Source of the DNA: a virus
Taxonomy: Duplodnaviria > Caudoviricetes
IMG/VR virus record: IMGVR_UViG_3300032401_002140
Location: 1-55,833 of that record
Strand: one strand, 5' to 3'
Length of the DNA stretch: 55,833 nucleotides
Every line of letters starts with the position of its first letter. Within the stretch, counting starts at the first letter, position 1. Shown here in pieces: positions 28,671-38,807 of the stretch. Below the pieces are notes generated by a model that saw nothing but the letters and a program-made list of their open reading frames with translations, did no database searches and was not told the origin of the DNA. A program made the translations under genes and the position numbers.

Positions 28671-29042
28671 ATGAAAAAATTGTTAATTATAATTTTGTTT
28701 ATATTACCGGTGTTGGGATTTGGATTGGCGAATGTAAGCAGTTTTAGTATAGAAACGGTGGATGATTATGTAAATGAGCATATCCAGCATACAGTATGTA
28801 CGACCCAGAATTATGATGTAAGCACAGTATGTTTTTATAATCAATCGACGGTGAATGTAGATATGCGATGTTTACAGGATACCACGGTGATAACATTTAT
28901 AAATCCGAATAGGAAAGAAGTAAAGATTAGGGAATGGGAATTATGGCCAGGGGAAATTATACCTACACAGAAGGAATATGAATTGATACGAGTGGAAGTG
29001 GATGGGAATAATATAATTATAATAAAGTATTTTAAAAGATAG
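28671..29042 (+). CDS. Exported hypothetical protein between portal and protease
   Basis: MKKLLIIILFILPVLGFG signal peptide; AT-rich. Confidence 0.65.
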   Translation: MKKLLIIILFILPVLGFGLANVSSFSIETVDDYVNEHIQHTVCTTQNYDVSTVCFYNQSTVNVDMRCLQDTTVITFINPNRKEVKIREWELWPGEIIPTQKEYELIRVEVDGNNIIIIKYFKR

Positions 29043-29096
29043 GAGTCTAGTGAATGGAATAGGGATTCTTCTCTGCGCTCAGAATGACAATTTTTA

Positions 29097-29134
29097 ATTC
29101 AACGTAGATTTATTTTATAAAACTGTTTTACGAT
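29097..29134 (+). promoter_or_regulatory. Putative late promoter 4 (head operon)
   Basis: ATTCAACGTAG box, TACGAT at offset 33, ATG 46 nt downstream. Confidence 0.7.
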
Positions 29135-29142
29135 AACATACC

Positions 29143-31143
29143 ATGAAAAGAAAAAGCGATAATAATGCTCTTGGAGCGATAGAAATACAAGCCCGGCAGT
29201 TTGATTTTGTGAATGAGAACGGTGATAAAATCCAGGAATTATTCGGGGATGGGAATAAATATCAGCATATCCATTTATTATTGGCGGTCTTCGATCAGAA
29301 AATCCAACCGTTTGGTTTGGATAAATATAAAGCGGTGGATTGTGAAATCAGCGGAGCCTATGCCGAGAAAGCCTTGGAACGATTCCCGGAAACGAATATC
29401 AGTTTAAATCACGGGAAGAATGTGGGATGTTGGAATATCGTCGGGAAACCATCCAAGATTGTAGATTTAGACGGCGGGAAAAGGGGATTGGATGCTTATG
29501 GAACGATTTGGAAGAAAAATTTTTCAGACGATGAAATTGTGGCGTGCCAATATGATTTACAGAATAGTTCTCTAGGCGGATCGGTCGAGACATTTCCCAC
29601 CGATTATGAAGTAAACGCTACAAAAACATTATATATGAATAAATATTTATTAAGCGGCGGCGCCATGGTGAACGGGTCTATTGTATCGCCCGCGGAAATG
29701 ATGACTTTAGGTACCGCGGAGATTTTAGCCCGGTCTGCGAATGGAATTATTATCCCGATAGATATGATGGAGCTGGTGGAGCGGGCACCGGAGATATTAG
29801 CGAAAGCGATGAAAGAGGCAGGGATTGAAGGATACGGGATGGAAATTTTGGGAATGACCACCAAGGAAATTATATTCTGCTGCGGCTGTAAAGAAGGAAT
29901 CAAAATTCTGGATTATCCCTATGAATTAAGTTATATGGACGGGGAATTGCGGGCGGAATTAGGGGATCCGATAACGGAAGAGAAATATGAAATATTGAAT
30001 GCAGAATGTGTTTCGGGACCCGATTCGGAATTAATGGCCAAAGTATTAACCGCCAAAGAACGGAATGCCATACCGGATAGTTTGTTTGCCCTGGTGATTA
30101 ATGTCAAGAATAAAAAGACGGGCAAAGAACGGAAGATCCGAATGTTTCCGTTACCCGATGAAACCCATGTGCATGATGCGAAATCATATTTAGGACATAA
30201 GGATGTACAAAATACATTATCCAAATTAGGCGTATCCAAGGATACGATCTTACAAAAAATCGAAGAAAGGGAAAAGGAATTGGGTATGAAAAAAGAAATT
30301 AAAATCATCAAAGGGGCGGGAAAGAAAGACCATGAAATCCAGGCGAAGTTGCAATTGACGGATGATCAGTTACGGCGGTCATTAATGGAAGAAATCCAAG
30401 AGGTACCGGGGTTTGAGAAACCAGATAAAGATTCCGGTATGTATTGGGAATATTATCTAGGACCGGTTATCTTTGCGGATGACGGGATGAGTGTGGTGGT
30501 GATGAAAGAAAATAAGAATTACCGATTCCCGTTCACGTTGGATGCGGATAATAATGTGATATTAACCACTTATGTGGAATGTGAAATGCAGTATACGGAT
30601 GTGGGAGAACCGATTCCGATTCCTGCGGATACGGATGAAAATGAAGTTCAATCACTCAAAAATAAAAAGCATAAGGGAGGTGATGATGAGATGAAACCAG
30701 AAGAAATATTAGCGATTATGAAACCATTATTGGATCCTCTCGTCACCCAAGTGGGTGAGTTGGCAGCGCGAGTGGATAAAATCGCACCCATTACTCCCGA
30801 GAAATTGGAAGTGACCCAGGAAGTCGCGGAATTACGCGCCGCTATGTTATCAGAAATCAAACCGTTCAGTTCGGATATGGAACGAGCGGGTTGGATTGTG
30901 CGCTGTAAAGAATTATCGAAAGACGATTTCGATAAAGAATTGAAAGCGCGGCGGGAAATTCAAGCCATGGAAACCAAACCGGCGGATGCCGAAGCCGAGG
31001 AAGCCGCCAAGAAAGAAGCAGAAGCCAAAGCTGCCAAAGATAAAGAAGGCGAAGGTGAAGTCGCGGCGATTGGCGCAGGGACCGGCGGCGACGGAAAAGG
31101 TTTAAAACTCGGCAGTGATCCTTACGCCGGATTTTCATTATAA
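29143..31143 (+). CDS. Prohead protease / scaffold fusion
   Basis: SLNH...GTIWK...GGSVE protease-like region; central LTAKERNAIPDSLFA...MFPLPDETHV (DUF6582-like); acidic Ala/Lys/Glu-rich C-terminus. Confidence 0.65.
   Translation: MKRKSDNNALGAIEIQARQFDFVNENGDKIQELFGDGNKYQHIHLLLAVFDQKIQPFGLDKYKAVDCEISGAYAEKALERFPETNISLNHGKNVGCWNIVGKPSKIVDLDGGKRGLDAYGTIWKKNFSDDEIVACQYDLQNSSLGGSVETFPTDYEVNATKTLYMNKYLLSGGAMVNGSIVSPAEMMTLGTAEILARSANGIIIPIDMMELVERAPEILAKAMKEAGIEGYGMEILGMTTKEIIFCCGCKEGIKILDYPYELSYMDGELRAELGDPITEEKYEILNAECVSGPDSELMAKVLTAKERNAIPDSLFALVINVKNKKTGKERKIRMFPLPDETHVHDAKSYLGHKDVQNTLSKLGVSKDTILQKIEEREKELGMKKEIKIIKGAGKKDHEIQAKLQLTDDQLRRSLMEEIQEVPGFEKPDKDSGMYWEYYLGPVIFADDGMSVVVMKENKNYRFPFTLDADNNVILTTYVECEMQYTDVGEPIPIPADTDENEVQSLKNKKHKGGDDEMKPEEILAIMKPLLDPLVTQVGELAARVDKIAPITPEKLEVTQEVAELRAAMLSEIKPFSSDMERAGWIVRCKELSKDDFDKELKARREIQAMETKPADAEAEEAAKKEAEAKAAKDKEGEGEVAAIGAGTGGDGKGLKLGSDPYAGFSL
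30691..31143 (+). CDS. Nested in-frame scaffold protein
   Basis: GGAGGTGA SD at ~30676 before internal ATG (MKPEEILAIM); lambda C/Nu3-like arrangement. Confidence 0.55.
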   Translation: MKPEEILAIMKPLLDPLVTQVGELAARVDKIAPITPEKLEVTQEVAELRAAMLSEIKPFSSDMERAGWIVRCKELSKDDFDKELKARREIQAMETKPADAEAEEAAKKEAEAKAAKDKEGEGEVAAIGAGTGGDGKGLKLGSDPYAGFSL

Positions 31144-31257
31144 AGGAACGGTTTGTACAAACGTATGTACAAAAACATAAATCTAAAAATTAGCTTGGGA
31201 AAGAAGAATGATCATTATGATGCATAGTATTCAAACCCAAAGCAGAAAGGAAAACAG

Positions 31258-31746
31258 ATGGGCAAAGTCAATATCGAGATTTTAAACCGGGATATCGTCC
31301 CGTTTTCGATGCAATTGAACGGTTATCTATTGGGTGAAAGTTCAGCCGGTGTGAAATATGTGAACTATCCAGGCAAGTTCTGTTATGTAGGCCAGGACAG
31401 TGTAGGTGCATCCAACGGCAAACGAATTATCCCCATATCCATAGCGGGAGTTCCTTTGGAAGGATTAACCCGGGATGTATCCGCAAAATTGGTGGTGGGT
31501 ATCATTCCCCCCTGGGCGGATTATACGCAAGAGGGAGGGATTGTATGTCCGATTCCGATCATTCCCGGATTGCGATTCAAGACGGATACGGTGGATGGGA
31601 CCAAGATTCCTACCGTAGACAATTACGTAGCTTTCCTGGATGACGCGATTCTTGGAAACGATTTATCTTCCAGTCCGTTACAAGGGGCGAATATGTATTG
31701 TTACGATATCCAGGGGACAAAATACTTTATCGAGATTATACGATAA
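31258..31746 (+). CDS. Putative head decoration/cement protein
   Basis: 162-aa beta-rich ORF immediately before the capsid gene. Confidence 0.55.
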   Translation: MGKVNIEILNRDIVPFSMQLNGYLLGESSAGVKYVNYPGKFCYVGQDSVGASNGKRIIPISIAGVPLEGLTRDVSAKLVVGIIPPWADYTQEGGIVCPIPIIPGLRFKTDTVDGTKIPTVDNYVAFLDDAILGNDLSSSPLQGANMYCYDIQGTKYFIEIIR

Positions 31747-31825
31747 AAGTGGCGTCGGGAAAGAAAAGGATTCATTCCCGACGCAGCATAATTAGAAAAG
31801 AATTATATTTCAACTTAAAAGGAGG

Positions 31826-33091
31826 TTGAAAACAGATATGAAAAAAGGAAAACAAGATTCAACGGAAATTCGGGCTACCAGTGAGCCGTTTATCCGGGAA
31901 CAAGTGGATGTTTATAAACGCAAAACCCAAATTGATTTGAATCTGGTAAAGAATGATGTCGGACAAAAAGGCACAGAACTATTGGCCAAATTAAATCAAT
32001 TAGTAGCGCGAAGTTTTGCGGAAGAAGATCCGCGGTATATCAAGGCAGCGATTGGATTTGACCCGTTACGATTTGATTTAGGAAAGACCATTCAACAAAT
32101 CCGGGATGACGGGGAAGTGAAAGCACGATTGATTGCCGGAACCATTCCGTTTTTACCCGCTTATCGACCCATGATGCAGCAATGTTTGGCGAAAGCGGCG
32201 GATGTGGATATCGAACAATTGCGGGCCCGGGAACCTTTGGAATATGATCAGGACATGGTAACCGACGTAGGGATGCAAATCTCGACGGATGGCGGGATCG
32301 ATTGCCGCAGTGTGGACATTAATAAAGTAGATATCACGATTCCAGCCCCTACCGTCACGAAACAAATTCCGTTACGACGCGCGGAATGGTTTAAGTGGCT
32401 GGGAATGGAAGCATTTAATGTCCGGCAGAAATTGCAGGATTCATTCGGTATGACGATAGATGGGACATTCCTGGATGGAGCCATAGCCGCGGTTCCGAAC
32501 GGTGTTGCGAAGAATGATAACATCGAAAAATTCCTAGGAAGCATTCCCAATCACATTGTAGTGGATACCACCGGCGGCGATGGCGGCGGGATTAATTTAC
32601 AAAAAGTATTCCAGACAGCCCGGTTACTGGATTATAAAGAACAAATCCCGATCTATTCTTCACCAGTGGATAAATGGCTGGTGGAAGACCGATTCATTAC
32701 CGACTTGCAAAACCTGGGCAAGAAATATTGGTCGGAAGCATCAGCGGAAGCCTATTTCCAGGATTTAATATCCGGGAAATTATTGGGCGATGCCGATAGT
32801 AAATCCAATAGCGGAATGCCCATCATGAAGAATCGATTACGCCGAACTGTAGCGGTAAGCGATACCACCCCGGAGAACCATTTAGTATTAGGTCCTCCAG
32901 ACCGAGTGGGGTTCTGGTGTTATGTCAGTGAAGGCGGACGAACTTCGTATTTAGAAGTGAGCGGATTCGGCCAGGGGTTACGCTGGTTTGAAAATGCATC
33001 CGCCTGGGCAGGCTCCCGAGTCGTGCAATTTATCGCAAATCCGTATGCGATGGCATTATATCAATTGCAAAAACGTTCGACGGATTATTAA
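31826..33091 (+). CDS. Major capsid protein
   Basis: 421 aa, strong SD, canonical position after protease/decoration; followed by a hairpin. Confidence 0.7.
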   Translation: MKTDMKKGKQDSTEIRATSEPFIREQVDVYKRKTQIDLNLVKNDVGQKGTELLAKLNQLVARSFAEEDPRYIKAAIGFDPLRFDLGKTIQQIRDDGEVKARLIAGTIPFLPAYRPMMQQCLAKAADVDIEQLRAREPLEYDQDMVTDVGMQISTDGGIDCRSVDINKVDITIPAPTVTKQIPLRRAEWFKWLGMEAFNVRQKLQDSFGMTIDGTFLDGAIAAVPNGVAKNDNIEKFLGSIPNHIVVDTTGGDGGGINLQKVFQTARLLDYKEQIPIYSSPVDKWLVEDRFITDLQNLGKKYWSEASAEAYFQDLISGKLLGDADSKSNSGMPIMKNRLRRTVAVSDTTPENHLVLGPPDRVGFWCYVSEGGRTSYLEVSGFGQGLRWFENASAWAGSRVVQFIANPYAMALYQLQKRSTDY

Positions 33092-33168
33092 GAAAACCAC
33101 CCCTTGATCCCCTCCTTAAAAAAGGAGGGGAAAGAGCGGTGGAAATTTACAAAAGAAGAAGGTGAGTT

Positions 33169-33519
33169 ATGGCAATACATCGAGTAACGTATATTGGCGA
33201 GAAAGCCATACCGATTGAACGCGGGAAAAATGATCCCCACCGGTTTATATTAAAACCGGGTGTGCAGGATATCGATTCGATGAAATTTAAGTTTCACCAG
33301 GAACAATTATCCGCTTTATTGAATTCCGGTGAATTAGTTATGGATGAAATATCCAATAAACAAATCCTGGAAAGACGGGATGCGGTAAAAGCCAAAGCCA
33401 AAGAATTAGCGGAAATCGTGGCAGCTCGAAAGAAAGCGGATAAGGTATACCAGGAAGAAATTGCCAAATTGGAAGAACGGCGCCGACAGGCAATCGCACC
33501 CAACAAACCAGAAAAATAA
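33169..33519 (+). CDS. Hypothetical protein (post-capsid)
   Basis: 116 aa, coiled-coil C-terminus. Confidence 0.6.
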   Translation: MAIHRVTYIGEKAIPIERGKNDPHRFILKPGVQDIDSMKFKFHQEQLSALLNSGELVMDEISNKQILERRDAVKAKAKELAEIVAARKKADKVYQEEIAKLEERRRQAIAPNKPEK

Positions 33520-33580
33520 AATAAAAACGTGCAGGGTTCAGGGTTTAAGTTAAAAAAATCAAATAAAGAAAGGAGAAGGA

Positions 33581-34057
33581 ATGAAAAAAAGATTTAGAAT
33601 CTTTCCAATTTTAATAGGTATAGCATGTATTGCTATGCTTGGTGGTTATGTCCAGGCGCAGGTTGTCGGGGGTAATTATCAGAATGTTCAACGAGTGGTG
33701 AATGTGAACGGAAATCCGATGTTGAAAGACACCGGTCAATTATTCTCGATATTACAAGTCAGTAAAGCGACAACCGTTGCCGTAAATACCACCTGTGCCA
33801 TTGATTGGATATGGGTAACCAATTTAGATTCCAGTAATGCTCATTATTTTGAGATTGCGGATGGGAAAACTGTAGCTGCCGTAACGAGCGGGAATAAGAG
33901 CGCACCTTATGTTGTGCCACCTGCCGGAACTCAACCTAATACGGTATTGATACCCTTGATGGAATCTCCCATTCCAATATCGAATAAACTGGTAATTTAC
34001 TGTGATAGCACCACATTATGCATTACCGGTAAATATCATAAAGTAGGCGGGAAATAA
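33581..34057 (+). CDS. Signal-peptide beta-protein, paralogue 1 (putative capsid decoration)
   Basis: MKKRFRIFPILIGIACIAMLGGYVQA-Q signal peptide; highly similar to the next ORF. Confidence 0.7.
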   Translation: MKKRFRIFPILIGIACIAMLGGYVQAQVVGGNYQNVQRVVNVNGNPMLKDTGQLFSILQVSKATTVAVNTTCAIDWIWVTNLDSSNAHYFEIADGKTVAAVTSGNKSAPYVVPPAGTQPNTVLIPLMESPIPISNKLVIYCDSTTLCITGKYHKVGGK

Positions 34058-34578
34058 TGAAGGCGATTAGAATTTTGGAAATATTACTGATTATAATCCT
34101 GGCGGTTATATTCAGTAGTATCGTCCTAGCCCAGATCATCGGTGGGAATATTGAAAACCATCAAAATGTAGTGAACGTGAATGGCAGGCCGATGTTGAAA
34201 GATACCGGTCAGATATTTACGATAAACCCATTCGGGACCTTTACAACTATCGCTGTGAATACAACCTGCGCAATTGAATGGTTAATGATCACCAATACCG
34301 ATCCATCCAATTCCCATTATATCGAGATTGCGGATGGGAATACCGTGGCTGCCGTAACCAGCGGGAATAAGAGCGCACCCATTCAAATAGCACCGATGAA
34401 TTTCCTGGTCGGACATGGATTAACGTCCGCCTTTGATATCAGTTTGGTAGAACCGACAAAAATAACAATGCCCTTGACCGGATCTCCTCTGCCGATTGCC
34501 AAAAAATTAGTGATTTATATGGATAGTACCACGTTTTTGGCGGTATCCGGAAAAACCCATAAAGTAGGCGGTAAATAA
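34057..34578 (+). CDS. Signal-peptide beta-protein, paralogue 2
   Basis: Signal peptide ending VLA-Q; shares VVNVNG.PMLKDTGQ, EIADG.TVAAVTSGNKSAP, HKVGGK with 33581-34057. Confidence 0.7.
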   Translation: MKAIRILEILLIIILAVIFSSIVLAQIIGGNIENHQNVVNVNGRPMLKDTGQIFTINPFGTFTTIAVNTTCAIEWLMITNTDPSNSHYIEIADGNTVAAVTSGNKSAPIQIAPMNFLVGHGLTSAFDISLVEPTKITMPLTGSPLPIAKKLVIYMDSTTFLAVSGKTHKVGGK

Positions 34579-34581
34579 TCT

Positions 34582-35106
34582 ATGATGGAAAAAACTCATA
34601 ACCGGTATCCCTCTTCCCGGGGAATAGGGATACCTTTTTTTTCAATGCTGATCCTGGTGATATTATGCAGTTGGTGTTATGGAATTGAGAATGGCCGATC
34701 TGTACCGGTACCCAATCAACCCGGGACTTTACTATTTGGATATTCCACTACTACCTGTAGTGTAGATACCACGCATGTAGATTTGAACATGTTTCCAGGA
34801 CAAGGATTATTACCGGCTTTTGATTTGGTACAATATTCGGTATCCAGTGTCTTTGCATTAAGTACAGTCCGCTGCCAATTGGGAGATTTATTTTGCAGCA
34901 GCACCACCACGACTCAAAAATATATCGCATTATTCGATACATCCAGCACAGGAGGTATAGGGATTAAGAATTTTCGATATGGATTTTGGGTCAGAGCCTA
35001 TCCAGACCCGGTGCATATCCCTTTTACATCCCCGCCGGTATTTTTCAATGGATGTTGGGTCATCCAATCCGAGGGATTAGAAACCGGTGGAACAGTTTAC
35101 CGATAA
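34582..35106 (+). CDS. Signal-peptide beta-protein
   Basis: FFSMLILVILCSWCYG hydrophobic core; S/T-rich; YIALFD...PPVFFNG pattern. Confidence 0.6.
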   Translation: MMEKTHNRYPSSRGIGIPFFSMLILVILCSWCYGIENGRSVPVPNQPGTLLFGYSTTTCSVDTTHVDLNMFPGQGLLPAFDLVQYSVSSVFALSTVRCQLGDLFCSSTTTTQKYIALFDTSSTGGIGIKNFRYGFWVRAYPDPVHIPFTSPPVFFNGCWVIQSEGLETGGTVYR

Positions 35107-35121
35107 GAAAGAAGGGATCAT

Positions 35122-35379
35122 ATGCATGAAATAACAGTGACCTGGCTGGGAAAAGAAAATCAAAAAATCGGCGATGGGGTTGATGCATTGGAATTGAAGC
35201 CGGGCCGGCAAATGATTCAACGGAAATTGATGTTGGTTCATAAGCAGGAACTGGCGCCATTACTGCATACGGGAATATTATGCCCGGCTAGTTTGACGGA
35301 TAAACAAATTGAAGTGCGACAGAAAATGGTCGTAAAGCGGATCTGTAGGAAAGAAAAAGCTGCGAAAAATAAAACTTAA
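35122..35379 (+). CDS. Hypothetical protein
   Basis: 85 aa with RBS. Confidence 0.5.
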   Translation: MHEITVTWLGKENQKIGDGVDALELKPGRQMIQRKLMLVHKQELAPLLHTGILCPASLTDKQIEVRQKMVVKRICRKEKAAKNKT

Positions 35380-35426
35380 AATGGATTCCAGCTTTCGCTG
35401 GAATGACAATACGGGTATATTAAAAA

Positions 35427-35963
35427 ATGAAATTAGGCGATTTAAATATGATGGTGAGAGAAGCATTGGGCGATATCCATTATGACAGCAATGGGGATAT
35501 TATCACCAAATCCCAACGGTATCATGATAAACAAATTGCTTATTATACGGCACGAGCGATTGTGGATAAGGAAGCCATATTTCCGGAAGGAATACAACTT
35601 TCATCCAGCATCATAAGCGGAGTAGATAATGATACTACCCTCACGCCGGATTTAACGGAACGATATAAAACATTAATTGCGGATATTGTAGCGCGACAAC
35701 GGCAACCGATAGTGGATAAATCGAAACGGAATCCAGATGGATCGGGGATATCGATTCGATTATCCAAGAGTTCCCAGACGGTAGTGGAATTGGTAGCGGA
35801 TTATAAACATGAGTTCTTAAAGGCGCAAGGTATGGGCGCCGGTGAAGCTCAAATTATGGATACCACCGGTACAACCGATAATGCAGATAATGATTTAGTC
35901 AAACAAACCAAGGATATCGATAAGTCCTATCAATCGAGTGAAACTTTAGCAAATTATGGCTAA
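35427..35963 (+). CDS. Putative head-tail adaptor
   Basis: MMVREALGD...YHDKQIAYY pattern and position. Confidence 0.55.
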   Translation: MKLGDLNMMVREALGDIHYDSNGDIITKSQRYHDKQIAYYTARAIVDKEAIFPEGIQLSSSIISGVDNDTTLTPDLTERYKTLIADIVARQRQPIVDKSKRNPDGSGISIRLSKSSQTVVELVADYKHEFLKAQGMGAGEAQIMDTTGTTDNADNDLVKQTKDIDKSYQSSETLANYG

Positions 35964-35983
35964 GTGCCAAATGAGAGGATTTA

Positions 35984-36409
35984 ATGGGCCGGAATGAATT
36001 TGATTTGGGGGAACAATTCCAAGAATCGTATGATGATTTTGGTACAGAAGAATGCCATGTTATCCGATATTCAAAATCAGGCGGATCAGCTTATGGCGGG
36101 TCATATCCCAAAGAGACAGAATTGTTTCCGGAAGAGAGATATCCAATCATTATCCAGAATTTAAATCAGAACCGGATCGGGTCCTGGTATGGTCCGCAAG
36201 TACAAAAAGCAGCAGCCGTATTGGATGAAAAAAGATTAGGTGTAAATATAATGACCAGCGGGAAATTGGTAATGGTTAAAGGGATTCAATTACAGAAAGA
36301 GGATTTAATTGAATATCCCATCGGAAGCGGGAAAACGTTTCATGTGGGTATCGCATCATTGCAATGGGATACGATCCATGAAATCAGCCAATGTATCGTA
36401 CAGATGTAA
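35984..36409 (+). CDS. Putative head-closure protein
   Basis: LQKEDLIEYPIGSGKTFHV beta-barrel-like C-terminus; position. Confidence 0.5.
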   Translation: MGRNEFDLGEQFQESYDDFGTEECHVIRYSKSGGSAYGGSYPKETELFPEERYPIIIQNLNQNRIGSWYGPQVQKAAAVLDEKRLGVNIMTSGKLVMVKGIQLQKEDLIEYPIGSGKTFHVGIASLQWDTIHEISQCIVQM

Positions 36410-36428
36410 CAAAATTGAAAGGAGAGAT

Positions 36429-37361
36429 ATGAAAAAAGTATTAGCTATTATAACGGGAATATTCCTGATCACGAGTTGGGTATTAGGTTCCATAACGATC
36501 ACACAGGAATATGTAAATCCCAGCAACCGGATCAAAGGGACCAAATCTGTATCCATAGATATCATTTCGATGCGGACGGATCCATCCGACCAGGCCAGTG
36601 AAACCTATTTATTACGAGCCTGGGATAACAGTGCCGCCACCACCCGAACCGATATACCATTGGATGCGGTTATTCGGCAATTATTGGATGGGAAAGACAG
36701 TTCACCCCAACCGAATGTAGTCGAGAGTTATTTGAATCAAGCGGTGGTTGGAGCGAATACTGCGGTTACTATTTATGTAGATAATGGGACAGGATTTCTC
36801 AATAATCAACCCATCGCGATCGCTTCCACTTACAATCAATTGACCAATAATACGGGAGTTTGTTATGGAATAGTCAGTTCATTAAGCGATACAACAACCA
36901 TTCAATTAATCCTTCCTATCACGGTGGATTATCCGATAGGCGCGATTGTGCAACAATTAAATCCCAAAGGAGCATCAACAAATCAGAATGGCGAATTGGG
37001 ATTAAAAGCGAAATTTGAAAGACCTTTACCGCCGGTGACCTTGAGTGTATCCACAACCACCAGCACGGGAGGGAAATTACGAGTTGGATGGACCGCCTCT
37101 GCCAGTACCGTAGCCACCTATTATGATCTGTATGTCAGCCAGACAGCCATCAGCGGGAATTTTGAGAATACCATCCCGGCTTATCGCAATGCGACCTGGA
37201 GTATTAATACCGCAAGTATCAGCACAGGATTATTGATAACCACTCCATTGAGCACCACCGGTTATTATGTCTATATCGTGAGTAAAGATGCGGTAGGAAT
37301 ACATGATGTTAACCGGTCCAATATACTGGGGACTAGTCAGGCGTATATTTCATCGCCGTAA
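36429..37361 (+). CDS. Signal-peptide protein with C-terminal FN3-like domain (ORF open from 36309)
   Basis: GGAG SD then MKKVLAIITGIFLITSWVLG; LRVGWTAS..ATYYDLY...LSTTGYYVYIVSKDAVG. Confidence 0.7.
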   Translation: MKKVLAIITGIFLITSWVLGSITITQEYVNPSNRIKGTKSVSIDIISMRTDPSDQASETYLLRAWDNSAATTRTDIPLDAVIRQLLDGKDSSPQPNVVESYLNQAVVGANTAVTIYVDNGTGFLNNQPIAIASTYNQLTNNTGVCYGIVSSLSDTTTIQLILPITVDYPIGAIVQQLNPKGASTNQNGELGLKAKFERPLPPVTLSVSTTTSTGGKLRVGWTASASTVATYYDLYVSQTAISGNFENTIPAYRNATWSINTASISTGLLITTPLSTTGYYVYIVSKDAVGIHDVNRSNILGTSQAYISSP

Positions 37362-37401
37362 TAAAAGAGCAATCAGCTATCAGCAAAAAGAAAGAGAAAG
37401 A

Positions 37402-37977
37402 ATGCAATTATTAACAGCGGCAGCCAGACCCAGGAATTTAGAATTATCGATCCAGAATGCCATTCAACAAGCATTAGCACAATTGGATCCATTTCCGGTA
37501 TGGCTGGAGAAAGATTATTCCAATTTATGCTGGGATGAAGAAGGGTTCGATCCGCAATCCGAAGAAATTGCCAATGAAGGGAAATGGTTATTTGATGTCT
37601 GGGTGCGATTTGAATGGATCCAGAATCAAATTACCCGGAATGGCCGGAATATATTACGGATACGCTGTGAAGGCCGAATGGATACCAAACCGCCGGATCC
37701 GCGGGGACATGGGGTTGCTCTGGTGCGGGACGATATGATCAGTGTGATGACGGCATTAAGCTGGTCCGCTCAAAAAATCTATGATTATGGCACGGAATTG
37801 GAACCTATTGGAGATGATGAAACCCAGGATACCGGGAGGGAATGTACTATTATGGCGGTGATGGCGAGCCGGACCCGGGATGAAGCCATTAAAAAAGAAC
37901 GGAATTTATATGGAATTATATCGCATGAATTAATGTATGAGATTCCATCAGATGCCAAGACAGAATTTAAATATTAA
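37402..37977 (+). CDS. Putative tail terminator/completion protein (ORF open from 37303)
   Basis: Position; VWVRFEWI...LRIRC pattern. Confidence 0.45.
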   Translation: MQLLTAAARPRNLELSIQNAIQQALAQLDPFPVWLEKDYSNLCWDEEGFDPQSEEIANEGKWLFDVWVRFEWIQNQITRNGRNILRIRCEGRMDTKPPDPRGHGVALVRDDMISVMTALSWSAQKIYDYGTELEPIGDDETQDTGRECTIMAVMASRTRDEAIKKERNLYGIISHELMYEIPSDAKTEFKY

Positions 37978-38004
37978 AAAATTAGAGAAGAAAGGAATGA
38001 GATT

Positions 38005-38796
38005 ATGGGAAATGATGTAAGCGCATTTGGATCGACGGTCGATCCATTATTGGAAACCTATTCTGAAAACAGTAATGTCATGTTTATCACTCAACAGGAT
38101 GGCGCTATTACCCGGGAATTTAAACTGATCCCCGCCATGTCCTATACCGGAATGATCAAACCGGAAAAGTTTACGGGCGTAGGCGCGAAAGGATTGGAAG
38201 GATCGGATACGAATCCGTTTGGCCGGGATTTAAAATTAGCCCGGGAAACAAAAATGGAAGATATCCAAAAAGCCACCCGACAAGCGGTGGATAATGTCGG
38301 AGTTGCCCATCAGCCGGGAGACGATAAAAATTTATTGAAATATTCAGAATTGATATATCACCGGGTGATTTGCGTGGTGGAAGTTATGGGAGAAGGAACG
38401 ATTCCGAATAATGTCGCGGGATATGATTTCAGTGTCAAGAAAAATGCCGGTGAAGGGATCCCGGCGGATATCGTTATAAACCCGTTGATTCAAGGCGGAA
38501 CTCCCCCGAATAATGTTTGTATAACCATTCCAGCAGGTGCGACCTGGGATTATATGAAACAATCCGATTTACGAAATTTTGCGACCTGGGGATTAACATT
38601 TAAATATTGGATCCCGGGAAGCGATCCATTTACAGATCATTTAATCACCCCATCGGCCTTATGGGATAATTTCATAGCCCAGGCATTTTCCTCCGCTTTA
38701 ACCGGATATACCCTGGTACGGATTGCGGTATTTAACGATTATTGGCAAGAACAATTAACCATGGATGAGTTTCGCAGCGATGATGATAATGCATAA
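38005..38796 (+). CDS. Putative major tail/tube-like protein
   Basis: 263 aa with strong RBS; positional call. Confidence 0.4.
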   Translation: MGNDVSAFGSTVDPLLETYSENSNVMFITQQDGAITREFKLIPAMSYTGMIKPEKFTGVGAKGLEGSDTNPFGRDLKLARETKMEDIQKATRQAVDNVGVAHQPGDDKNLLKYSELIYHRVICVVEVMGEGTIPNNVAGYDFSVKKNAGEGIPADIVINPLIQGGTPPNNVCITIPAGATWDYMKQSDLRNFATWGLTFKYWIPGSDPFTDHLITPSALWDNFIAQAFSSALTGYTLVRIAVFNDYWQEQLTMDEFRSDDDNA

Positions 38797-38807
38797 GGAA
38801 AAATGGC

